A DNA stretch of 21,351 bases, taken from assembly GCA_020184695.1 (NCBI GenBank), contig JAANOX010000145.1, positions 1-21,351 of the forward strand, given 5' to 3'. Positions 1 to 9,232 of the stretch are shown here, in pieces. This DNA is from Histomonas meleagridis 2922-C6/04-290x. Lineage: Eukaryota > Protista > Parabasalia. Below the pieces are notes generated by a model. It saw only the letters and a program-made list of their open reading frames with translations. It was not told where the DNA came from and did not search any database. Both the position numbers and the translations under genes were made by a program. The first letter of the stretch is position 1. Every line of letters starts with the position of its first letter.

Positions 1-264
1 GAATCAATTATAGTTGGATACATGAAACTGGAAACAAAATAATGTTGATGCAATTCGATTCGAAAAATATTTTAAAAATTTAATTAATGATTTGAAGACG
101 AAATATCCCAGATAAAAATTTGTCTTAATTTTGAATAATTATTCAATTCATCGACAATGAACCTACTCATTCTGTGCCAAGAAGCTCGGATTTATACTTT
201 TTATTTCTACCACCATATTCCCTACATATGTAATCCAATTGAAAGATGTTTTGGTAAATCAAAG
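1..264 (+). pseudogene. Degraded Tc1/IS630-family DDE transposase, C-terminal fragment
   Basis: Manual translation across frameshifts and stops gives KFVLILNNYSIHR (cf. VxIxDNxxxH) and LPPYS-x-x-NPIERCFGKSK (cf. LPPYSPDLNPIE). Confidence 0.75.
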
Positions 265-275
265 TAGAAATAGGT

Positions 276-816
276 TCATGGATAATTACGACCTGTCAGA
301 TTAATTGTATAAATAGGATTATCAGTGTATAGTAATTGTAGCATGTTTTGGAAATACAACTGTAATAGTTGTGTAACATTAAATAAAGGCATATTAATAG
401 TAGATTGTATACCAGATTCAGTGGCAGCTAAAGCAAATGCATTATAATCTAATTGTTGTGAAGGTGTGTCATACTCAGTTGTTGTAGTATTTGAGCTATT
501 TAATCTATTTGGATATAAATCAAATGCTTGTAAAGCTAATATATCTTCAAATGGAAGATTCATTTCAAATTCGATATCATGTTTATTTCCATCTGCAATT
601 GTATTTAAATCAACATAAGTACCACATACAGATTGTGAATATTCTGAAACATTTCATATAAAAAATGTGACATAATTTGTAATTGATCTAATAATTGATT
701 AGAACTCTTAAAACCTATAAATATTTTAACTAAATTTTCTGGATCTGTCAAATTACCAGATGAAATAGCTTTTGATAATTGTACAGTTATTCTAAGTTTA
801 AAATTAATAAAACCTT
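276..816 (-). pseudogene. Internally deleted fragment of a putative Maverick/Polinton-like major capsid protein gene
   Basis: The minus strand reads GFINFKLRITVQLSKAISSGNLTDPENLVKIFIGFKSSNQLLDQLQI, then after a break SVCGTYVDL...EMNLPFEDILALQAFDLYPNR. The FxGFKSS / SVCG / LxAFxxYPN pattern matches my recollection of the trichomonad Maverick conserved capsid-like family. 724-816 is duplicated at 19294-19386. Confidence 0.55.
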
Positions 817-832
817 TAAATGTAGCGAAGTT

Positions 833-860
833 TTATAATGATGTCATTTTATACTTGGAA

Positions 861-905
<45 letters not shown>

Positions 906-1274
906 AAATCTATCATATCGGCTATGATATCTCTTTCTTCTTTTTCATTACTTCCCAATTGTTTGGAAATCAAGAAGCAAATCAACGGTACCAATTCACC
1001 CATTGGGTTTTGTTTATGTAATATTTCTACATCTTTTTGCTTCAGCAAATTGAATATTTTCTCTTTTGCTTCATTTTGCGATTTACAATTGACCAAAAAC
1101 GTATGTGAGAACACGCATTTACATTGAGCGCTTACCCAAGATACGTAACATTGTTCGAATCCATTCACGACTTTATCTTCTGATGAATCACCTTCGTTAA
1201 ATAACTTCTCTATGTTACTTCTCCATTTATTTCTTTCGAAGTTTGTTGAACTTCCTTTTGGAACAATAATTTTT
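833..1274 (-). CDS. Probable out-of-frame C-terminal part of the ankyrin-DH-PH gene (end of PH domain plus tail)
   Basis: Removing one base from the T5 run at 1270-1274 joins ...APFGSVIK to IIVPKGSSTNFERNKWRSNIEKLF, a typical PH last strand plus Trp-containing helix. Confidence 0.6.
865..903. repeat. T39 homopolymer (A39 on the minus strand)
   Basis: Read directly from the sequence. Confidence 0.95.
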
Positions 1275-4200
1275 AATAACAGAACCAAAAGGTGCATATA
1301 ACATAACTGAATCTGGTGCGTATTCTTTACCGAAGTCCCAAATTATATTTGAAGTTTTACATGAAAATTTCATCTTAAATTTATCAACAGTTTTTTGGAC
1401 GCCCATTATAATATTATTCTTAAATAAAAATATTTCAATTTTCACCTTATTTAAGAAACTATCCATACTTCGACCAAAGAATTCGAAATGTGAAACAGTA
1501 AAATTACCATCATTTTGTTCAATCGTTTTAATTCTCCATGTATCAGATTCAAACAAAATGTTTTTAATGGTCGTAAAGAATTTGATACTTTGAAGTTCTT
1601 TTTGTGATTCGACTATAAGTTTCTTCTCATTAATTATTCGTACAATATATGCAAACTTCGCATGAGCTTTACGTAAGTTAATTAAATCGGAATGATTTTC
1701 TGGAGTCGCTTTAATTATCGCTTTTATTAACTCAGGATAATAAGTAAATTGTTGTGTTGGAACTATTAATGCGTCATCAAATGTTAACTTCGAATAACCA
1801 CTTGGCAAATTTAATAATTCTGATAGTAATGGTGTTGCTCGAATGATATTAATAGATTTATCATATGATGTAGCAATATGTAAGAAAGGTAAAAAAGCAT
1901 CTGCAAAATATAATAAAAATGAGCCTAATTCTGTCGATGGTTTTAATGTTTGGAATATCTTCTCAAACCTTTGTATAAATAATGTTAACAATCGATACAT
2001 TTGTTTGACTTCTTCCATATACGTACGGATATATGGATTAGTGCCAAACTTTTCGGAGATTTTACATATGCATCCAAGAATTGGTACTGCGTTTTCTTGC
2101 GTAGTTAATAATTCATTAATTGCACTCGCTCTTTTCTCAGGCGCTTTTATATATTCAGATATTTCATCAGAACCAATTTCTCGTGAAAATGATGATATAA
2201 CTGGTTCCACAATGAAATTTGCACCATTTTCAACTAATATTTTTATTATCTCTAAGTTATGTGATGTTATAACATGATGAATTATCGATAATCCATCCGA
2301 ATTCTTTAATGATGGATCTGCGCCCATTTCCATTAATTTACGGACTAATTCTACAACTTTATTAGGGTTATCATATTTTTGATATATTACACAAACTAAT
2401 AAACATACACCTGCTTTATTATATACATTAGGTGAATATCCATTAGATTGATGTTGTTGTAATGTTTTAATGGTAATCGGTGAATTAAATATCGGCAATT
2501 GTTGATATTCAGAGATAATTGATGAACATTTTGTGTCTGTTAATTTAGAAGCATATTCTAATGGTGTTTGATCATCAATGTCTTTCTGTGATAATAAAAA
2601 ACGTATTTGATCAAGTGGTAAAATGGGCTTTTTATCGCGTGAACTTATAAGTTCTGTTAATGATTGAACATTATTATATTCTGTACAGATATGAATGATG
2701 TTTTGTTTTCGGCAATTTTGCACAAAAAGTTGTGCCTTGTTCTGCATAAAATATTCAAAGTTGGTACAAAAGTCATCAGACTTCCGTTTGACAAGTTGCA
2801 TTAATGGTGTTTCGCCATCATTATTGACAAAATTAATCGGAAATTTTAAGTCGGTAATACACGATTTAATACCATTGGTCGAGTTCGTTAAGGCAGCAAA
2901 ATGAAGAATACTATTCCCAAATTGATCAACTGAATTAATTAAATCTGGATATTTATCTAATATGGCTTTTCGTGACTTATCGCTTTTGTGGAAAACTGTA
3001 AGATGGAGTAGAGGACGGCCATACTCTTGGATGGATGGATTGACACCATACTCAATTAGACTTTTTACAACTTCATCTTCTTCTTTTAAAACAGCTGAAA
3101 TAAGACACCTTTCTGGGTTTGGTTCGAACTCTGCGATTTTGTAGGATTTCATTTTTGTAAGAATGACCATTGCTAATTCACTTTTGTTCTCTTCAATCGA
3201 GACTTGAAGAAGAGTCTTATGGCCTCTAATCATTAAACCTAATGGATATAAACATTTTGAAAGTAAACATTCCATCATAAGAGAAGAAAGATGGTTATCA
3301 TATGTAAGTAATTTTCGACTAATAATAGTTGCTTCACAAATTTGTTTTGGATTAAGGGCCATAACATATTTAAGCATATCAAGATTTTTGGAAGCTACAG
3401 CACATGCAATGATTGTTCTACCTTTGGAATCTAAAGTTTCGAAATTCGGTTGACCGTTAGTACATAATTGAGAAAAGGCGTTAACGTCTCCTTTGAGTGC
3501 GGCAAAGTGAAATGCGGTGGTTTTTCCAGTGAAAAAGTTGGGTGATGCTCCTTTTTCAAGAAGGGATGTGATAAATTGGATATGCTTACAAGAGATTGCA
3601 TATAAAAGAGGAGTCATCCTATGAACATCGACGACATCAATAACCTTTTTGTTGTAAGTTTTGAGAAATAAGACATTTCCTTCAATGGCTGCTTTGTGAA
3701 ATTCACATAAAGTGTACGATTTACCAGTTGTGCCCCATTGAGAGGATTTGGATATAATGTCTGAAATAACACTAGTTTGAGATCTTTTATGAATTGAGGC
3801 ACCAAGACCATATAAATACCCACATATTTCTGTGGAAACTGCCATCTCTATTGGCGTCTTTTCAACTTTTAGATTTTTTGATTTAAGATTTATATCGACT
3901 TTATAATTATTATTTGAAGGTATAAATATTTTTAACATTTGGAAATTATCTGCTTGTACAATGTAATGTATTAGACCAAAGCCTTCTCCGTCATATGAGT
4001 TGATATAGTTATTTTCAGTGGCTCTTAAAATGATTTTGAATGCTTCATAAGAATTATTTGTAAGACATATTTTACCAATTTCAACAAAGTTGGTGGAGAT
4101 ATAGTGAATAGAAGAATAAGGTTTGATGAGTTCTCTTAAACCAATAGAATAATTTGTTTGACAAGCAAGTTTAATTGGATTAATTCTTTTTTCATTTTCT

Positions 4201-4523
4201 ATGATAGCAGAAGCTCCATTTGCTATTAGGTAATGAATTGCTTGAATATTTTTTGCTTTTGTTGAAATGAATAAAGGTGTTTGCAAATGTGAATCAACTG
4301 CATTTAAATAAACAAATCCATTTAACAGAGTTTTCCATTTGGTAAAATTTGGTGATGCTGCTAAAATATGAAGAAGATTTTGCTTTTGATCATCAACTAA
4401 AAAATCAAGCCCATAAGCTGTTGAATAAATACTTTCAATTTGTTGTTGGAGATGCTTTTCGTCTGAGTTCATACATATATCGAAGAGTGTTGATATGCTC
4501 GCGCCTCCAAAGGAAAAACTCAT
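1227..4523 (-). CDS. Multi-ankyrin-repeat protein with RhoGEF (DH) and PH-like domains
   Basis: Many ankyrin motifs (TPLFIS, TPLLYAI, TAFHFAA, SILHFAA, TPLEYA). DH hallmarks RASAINELLTTQE...LIVPTQQFTYYPELIKAIIKATPENHSD...IINE. The likely start is MSFSFGG at 4523; the TTG start at 4682 overlaps the upstream ankyrin ORF. Confidence 0.9.
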   Translation of the reverse strand: MSFSFGGASISTLFDICMNSDEKHLQQQIESIYSTAYGLDFLVDDQKQNLLHILAASPNFTKWKTLLNGFVYLNAVDSHLQTPLFISTKAKNIQAIHYLIANGASAIIENEKRINPIKLACQTNYSIGLRELIKPYSSIHYISTNFVEIGKICLTNNSYEAFKIILRATENNYINSYDGEGFGLIHYIVQADNFQMLKIFIPSNNNYKVDINLKSKNLKVEKTPIEMAVSTEICGYLYGLGASIHKRSQTSVISDIISKSSQWGTTGKSYTLCEFHKAAIEGNVLFLKTYNKKVIDVVDVHRMTPLLYAISCKHIQFITSLLEKGASPNFFTGKTTAFHFAALKGDVNAFSQLCTNGQPNFETLDSKGRTIIACAVASKNLDMLKYVMALNPKQICEATIISRKLLTYDNHLSSLMMECLLSKCLYPLGLMIRGHKTLLQVSIEENKSELAMVILTKMKSYKIAEFEPNPERCLISAVLKEEDEVVKSLIEYGVNPSIQEYGRPLLHLTVFHKSDKSRKAILDKYPDLINSVDQFGNSILHFAALTNSTNGIKSCITDLKFPINFVNNDGETPLMQLVKRKSDDFCTNFEYFMQNKAQLFVQNCRKQNIIHICTEYNNVQSLTELISSRDKKPILPLDQIRFLLSQKDIDDQTPLEYASKLTDTKCSSIISEYQQLPIFNSPITIKTLQQHQSNGYSPNVYNKAGVCLLVCVIYQKYDNPNKVVELVRKLMEMGADPSLKNSDGLSIIHHVITSHNLEIIKILVENGANFIVEPVISSFSREIGSDEISEYIKAPEKRASAINELLTTQENAVPILGCICKISEKFGTNPYIRTYMEEVKQMYRLLTLFIQRFEKIFQTLKPSTELGSFLLYFADAFLPFLHIATSYDKSINIIRATPLLSELLNLPSGYSKLTFDDALIVPTQQFTYYPELIKAIIKATPENHSDLINLRKAHAKFAYIVRIINEKKLIVESQKELQSIKFFTTIKNILFESDTWRIKTIEQNDGNFTVSHFEFFGRSMDSFLNKVKIEIFLFKNNIIMGVQKTVDKFKMKFSCKTSNIIWDFGKEYAPDSVMLYAPFGSVIKNYCSKRKFNKLRKK

Positions 4524-4641
4524 TGCTTGTCGATTTTTCGGAAAGACGATAAAAATGCATTTAATAATTGACATGCTTTGTCTAGTTAATAAGCCGATAG
4601 AACCCGTTAAATACTGTTTGACAAACATCAAATAAATCAAA

Positions 4642-5052
4642 TTAAAAATTTTCAGCATTAATATCAATTCCTTTTTGTTCAAGAAGTAGTTTAATTATTT
4701 CTATATGACCATTTCTAGATGCAAAAATAAGTGCTGTATTAAATAATTTAAATAATTTCCAAATATTATTTGAAAATAAGGAAATGTTTAAGCATATATT
4801 ATTTTTCGTATAAAATTCAATTCCTTTTTGTTCAAGAAGTAATTTGACCATTTCTAGATGCCAAAGTAAGTGCTGTATTAAATATTTTAAAATATTTCCA
4901 AATATTATTTTAAAATTGCAAATTATTACAATATACAATAAATAAAAGTATTGAATAGTTTTAGCATAATTGATATTAATATCAATTATTTTTTGATTTA
5001 AAATATACTCTACAAGTTCAATATTTCCTGATTCTAAAGAATAAGTCATCAA
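4642..5052 (-). CDS. Short ankyrin-repeat ORF or fragment, with AT-rich insertions between repeats
   Basis: TALIFASRNGHIEIIKLLLEQKGIDINA and two degenerate copies; tandem nucleotide units of ~150-170 bp. Confidence 0.65.
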   Translation of the reverse strand: MMTYSLESGNIELVEYILNQKIIDININYAKTIQYFYLLYIVIICNFKIIFGNILKYLIQHLLWHLEMVKLLLEQKGIEFYTKNNICLNISLFSNNIWKLFKLFNTALIFASRNGHIEIIKLLLEQKGIDINAENF

Positions 5053-5698
5053 TAAAAAATTTCACAATAAATAAATTCCCTATTTTTGCATGTTCATATA
5101 AGTATGAAATAGAAAATTTCAAATTTTGATAAAACAAAAACAAAAAGAGTTCATAATTATAATATATTATACAATTCTTTAGCATCAAAGTTAAATCTTT
5201 AGTTTTGTATATATTTGATTTTCATATAGATAATGGAAAACATCATTTCGATGAAATTTAACTGTAACATCAAATGTATTTAAGATAAAGTTACCAATAT
5301 ATTATAATATACTAGATACAATTATCATTGTAATATTGATTTCATGATGAGATATTTTTGTTCCTATATAAATTTTGATATTTCTATATATTTTGAAGAT
5401 CAGAGTCAAAAATGTTGATTAACTCAGGTTGAATCTTTTGGCTATTCATGCGAAATATAAATCTTGCCTATGTAAAAAAAGCTTGTAGAATATTAACAAC
5501 AACTTCTAAAGAAATAATAACGATTTTGGAATCCTTTAAAATATTAACAGTTTACTAAAACATTGTTGAATCTCTCTTTGCCTCTCTTTTAATAATGTCT
5601 TGAAAATTTTTAGCGAGATTTCTATTTCATCTACAATTTTATCTGAAGCAATTTTTCAATAAGAAAACGACCGTTAACTTATGGAAACAAAGTGAAGA

Positions 5699-8600
5699 AT
5701 GTCAAGAGCTAGTGTTAAACTTCCAACAAAAAATGACAACACAGAAATATCACCAGAGTACCAATTTATTTATATCAACAGTTATACATTTTGTGGTGAA
5801 GATTTAAAAGATTTAGAATTATCAATCTTAAATCTCTTTTTAAAAAATTTTACTAAAGGCCAAAACACTGAAATTTCTGATGAGTATAATATAGATTTCC
5901 AAAAAACAATTGGATCTTTTTTTGATATTGTTATCAATACTTATAATGATGTTGGACCTTTTTTAGTTATTGTGCCTACCTCATGTATTAATAAATGGCA
6001 TGTTACTTTACGTAATGTCTCAAATTCTATTGTACTTAATTATTCTGGGACAATGGAAAATAGAGTTATAATCACCAAAAAAGATTTTCAAACGAGCAAA
6101 CATTTTAAGTTTAACATACTTGTTACTGTTCCTGATGTCATTTTGCACGACAATGAACAAATAAAGAACATTAATTGGCATGCCACATTTATTGACACTA
6201 ATCGTCTAAAAAATCCTCAATCCAAGTTTGCCAAGGCTATCAGTAGCATCAAAAGTAATGTACAAATGGTTCAATGTAAGATACCTACCAATTTACTTGA
6301 TGTTCAACATTTGACAACTTTAACGAACTCAGAAAACATAAACGGTCTCCTTCCAAGTAAAATTTCAGAAGAAATAAAGTTGTCAATTCAATCTAAACTT
6401 CTCAAACGCAAGACTTCAGAAAACAATCAAACTGATATTCATACATTATATATTAATTGTCCACTTAGTTTATACCAACGAAAAATCATGCAAAAAATTG
6501 TTTTTGAAAATGTAAAAAATCAATTTTTTTTATGTCAAAAGGCGAAACGTGTTTGTACACATCCATTTATATTATCACATGAGAACAAATCTGTTGGTAT
6601 ACTTAAGTCGTCTACAAAGCTTAAAGTTATTAAAGAAATTTTAACAATATATCATCAAAACATAATAATAATTTCACAATATTCTATATTTCTTGACTTA
6701 GTTGAGGATGTTATTTTTAAATCTGGTTTAAATTTTACTCGAATTACTGAAGGGACATCTGAAATTAACCAAAACGTCAATCAAATTCTATTATATAATC
6801 CACTTTATTGTGAATTAAATGCAAATCTTATTGATGGTATTCAATTAGTTATATTTGTTGATGGTTGTACAAAATATTTTATGAGATATTTAAAGAAATC
6901 GTCAACAAATAATGTTAAACATATTTATCATCTTTATTGTGGTGATTGTTGTGAAACTCAATTAAATGAAATTAGTTTCGCGCCTTCAACAAAACAAGAA
7001 ATTGAAAATCTTGATTTTTTATGTAAATGTATTGCATTATCATCTTTTGACGAAAAAGAAGAAATTGATGTTAATTTAATTCTACAAAACTCAACTAAAA
7101 AAGAAAATGATTCTGTTTTTAAATTATTAATCGAAAGTGAACTTACAGGAGATGATTTTTGGGATGATATTATGAAAGAAAATCATTTCAAAGATGAAAC
7201 AAATATAAAATTTAACGATAAATGGTCAATACATGAAAGAAATCAACTTATTCGATGTTTATGTAGATTTGGTTGGAATAGATGGAATATGTTTATTACT
7301 GATGGTGGAATAAATAAAAGCGAAAGCGATATCATAAATGCTTCACGAGCAATTGTTAGATATTTACTTCATATAAATGATCCGGCATCAAAAAAAAATC
7401 AAATTGCAACAGAATATGTTAAAAATTTAACTAAATCAGAAAGCGATGAAGAAAATGATGTGAAATTTATCGAAGATATTTTTATTAAAGATAAAGGATT
7501 TCAAGGTTACCTTCAGAAAAATGCTCCTGTTTTTTTAAAGAGAATTGAACAATTAGAATTCTTACCAAAAATAGAAGACGATGAAATATTTGAAGAAATA
7601 AAATCTTCAAATATGAAACTATTCAAAATTCACTTGACCGATTGGTGGACGTTTAATTTCGACCGTTTACTTCTCATTGGAACGTTAAAATATGGCCTAG
7701 GAAATTATGAACAATTTTTCGAAGATAAAGAACAAAATTTAACAGAAATATTTTATAATAATGACGTTTATTATTATAAACTAAATGAACGAGCACTAAG
7801 ATTAATGGGAGGAATTAAAAAACTTATTAATGAAAAAATAGAATCTCCATCAACAAAGAAAAAGAAAAATCGAGGCAAAAGAAAGAAACAAGCTGACAAT
7901 GAAATACCAGGTGAGTGGAACAAAGAAGAAAAGAAAGCTGTTTATAAATATCTAATGAGTTATGGGGTACCTGAAACAAGCGATGGAAAAAGGCTATGTT
8001 TCGTAAAAATATCAGAATCATCTACAACGAAAACATTAGAACAAATCCAAGAATATGTTGAACAATGTATCAAAGATTGTGATAATCCTGATTCTGAAAT
8101 TCCTCGACATACAGCTACACGCATCCTTGCTCGATGTTCATTGGTGCACGAGCTTTATACAATGTTTCATACTTATGATGATTCAGAAATGTTAGAAGTA
8201 ATTTCTATTGCACCTCATTGGAAATTACTTCCAGAGCAACTAAAAGGAGAACAAGAATTTTATTTGTTCAAGCAGCTTAGTGAGCGAGGATTAGGAGAAC
8301 TTGAAGAATTATTGGAAGATGATTTTTTTAATGGTATTAATGAGAAATCTCTTCAACTCCTTCATAAAGAGCAAGTCATTGTAAAGCGAATCGGCGTTCT
8401 CTTTAAAACCTTCAAGCAGTATTCTGAAAGGGAAAAAACGAAGAAGGAAGCCAACGAGAAGGAAGCCGAAGAGTCGGACGATCAAATTGAATACAAATTC
8501 CCGATGAAAATCAACGAATCATCAACCATCTTAAGTCTTGGTACTGTTGTTTATGATAAACCAGAGTTTCATACTGAGAGGTATGTTTACCCGAACGGAT

Positions 8601-8941
8601 ATAGGGTTATGGTTAAAAGACCTTCTTTGTTGGAGAAGAAGAAAAAATGTACATGGATTGAGGAAATTATAGATGATGGAGGACCAAAACCCAAATTTAG
8701 AATTTGGATGGAAAGCTGCCCAGAGAAAGTATTTGAAGGACCGACCCCAACTGCAGTATGGACTGAAGCTTCAAAAAAGATTGTTGAATTCAACGAAATG
8801 AAAAACACTTCATTCAAAGTCTCTGGAATAGATGCATTTTTGCTGTCTCATCCTGTTGTAATACGGTTGACACAAAAATTGGACGGAATTGATAAATGTG
8901 CAAAATATATTCCGAGATCACTACCAAAAAAAGCAAAATAA
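5699..8941 (+). CDS. CHD6-9-like chromatin protein: degenerate SNF2 ATPase, SANT/SLIDE-like region, C-terminal FYRN-FYRC
   Basis: GPFLVIVP, KFNILVT, NRLKN and RVCTHPF (SNF2). WSIHERNQLIRCLCRFGWNRW and WWTFNFDRLLLIGTLKYG (SANT/SLIDE-like). ILSLGTVVYDKPEFHTERYVYPNGY (FYRN). FEGPTPTAVW...SGIDAFLLSHP (FYRC). Confidence 0.88.
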   Translation: MSRASVKLPTKNDNTEISPEYQFIYINSYTFCGEDLKDLELSILNLFLKNFTKGQNTEISDEYNIDFQKTIGSFFDIVINTYNDVGPFLVIVPTSCINKWHVTLRNVSNSIVLNYSGTMENRVIITKKDFQTSKHFKFNILVTVPDVILHDNEQIKNINWHATFIDTNRLKNPQSKFAKAISSIKSNVQMVQCKIPTNLLDVQHLTTLTNSENINGLLPSKISEEIKLSIQSKLLKRKTSENNQTDIHTLYINCPLSLYQRKIMQKIVFENVKNQFFLCQKAKRVCTHPFILSHENKSVGILKSSTKLKVIKEILTIYHQNIIIISQYSIFLDLVEDVIFKSGLNFTRITEGTSEINQNVNQILLYNPLYCELNANLIDGIQLVIFVDGCTKYFMRYLKKSSTNNVKHIYHLYCGDCCETQLNEISFAPSTKQEIENLDFLCKCIALSSFDEKEEIDVNLILQNSTKKENDSVFKLLIESELTGDDFWDDIMKENHFKDETNIKFNDKWSIHERNQLIRCLCRFGWNRWNMFITDGGINKSESDIINASRAIVRYLLHINDPASKKNQIATEYVKNLTKSESDEENDVKFIEDIFIKDKGFQGYLQKNAPVFLKRIEQLEFLPKIEDDEIFEEIKSSNMKLFKIHLTDWWTFNFDRLLLIGTLKYGLGNYEQFFEDKEQNLTEIFYNNDVYYYKLNERALRLMGGIKKLINEKIESPSTKKKKNRGKRKKQADNEIPGEWNKEEKKAVYKYLMSYGVPETSDGKRLCFVKISESSTTKTLEQIQEYVEQCIKDCDNPDSEIPRHTATRILARCSLVHELYTMFHTYDDSEMLEVISIAPHWKLLPEQLKGEQEFYLFKQLSERGLGELEELLEDDFFNGINEKSLQLLHKEQVIVKRIGVLFKTFKQYSEREKTKKEANEKEAEESDDQIEYKFPMKINESSTILSLGTVVYDKPEFHTERYVYPNGYRVMVKRPSLLEKKKKCTWIEEIIDDGGPKPKFRIWMESCPEKVFEGPTPTAVWTEASKKIVEFNEMKNTSFKVSGIDAFLLSHPVVIRLTQKLDGIDKCAKYIPRSLPKKAK

Positions 8942-9232
8942 ATGTTAGATTTTATATCAGTTCTATAAATGAATTTGTGGATAAATAATGATATTTGAAT
9001 AATCAGGAAATTGACTTTGTGGTGATCACATTCATAATTGAAATGAAATTTTTCAAATATCAGACACACCTAATAAGATCTCTGTTTAAAAAATGAGAAG
9101 TTAAAAAATATGTGGCTAGTAAATCAGCTGATTAGCTCATTGAGCGAGCAAAAGATTTATTTTTGGCTAAATTTCAATCTTAAACGTATTTTCTAGAAAA
9201 TTATATCTCGATAATAAAAATTATAACTTTCC

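Noticed and set aside
855-1127. Plus-strand ORF with poly-Phe
   Set aside because: Product of the T39 run, and antisense to a more protein-like frame.
1843-4552. Short plus-strand ORFs (1843, 2695, 2962, 4349) and the nested minus ORF at 3614
   Set aside because: Shadows of the ankyrin-RhoGEF gene with no motifs of their own.
4524-4682. TTG-initiated N-terminal extension of the ankyrin-RhoGEF ORF
   Set aside because: Non-ATG start in a eukaryote, low-complexity sequence overlapping the upstream ankyrin ORF; ATG 4523 is more plausible.
7827-9069. Minus-strand ORFs at 7827, 8587 and 8848
   Set aside because: Antisense to the CHD-like gene, with no independent support.
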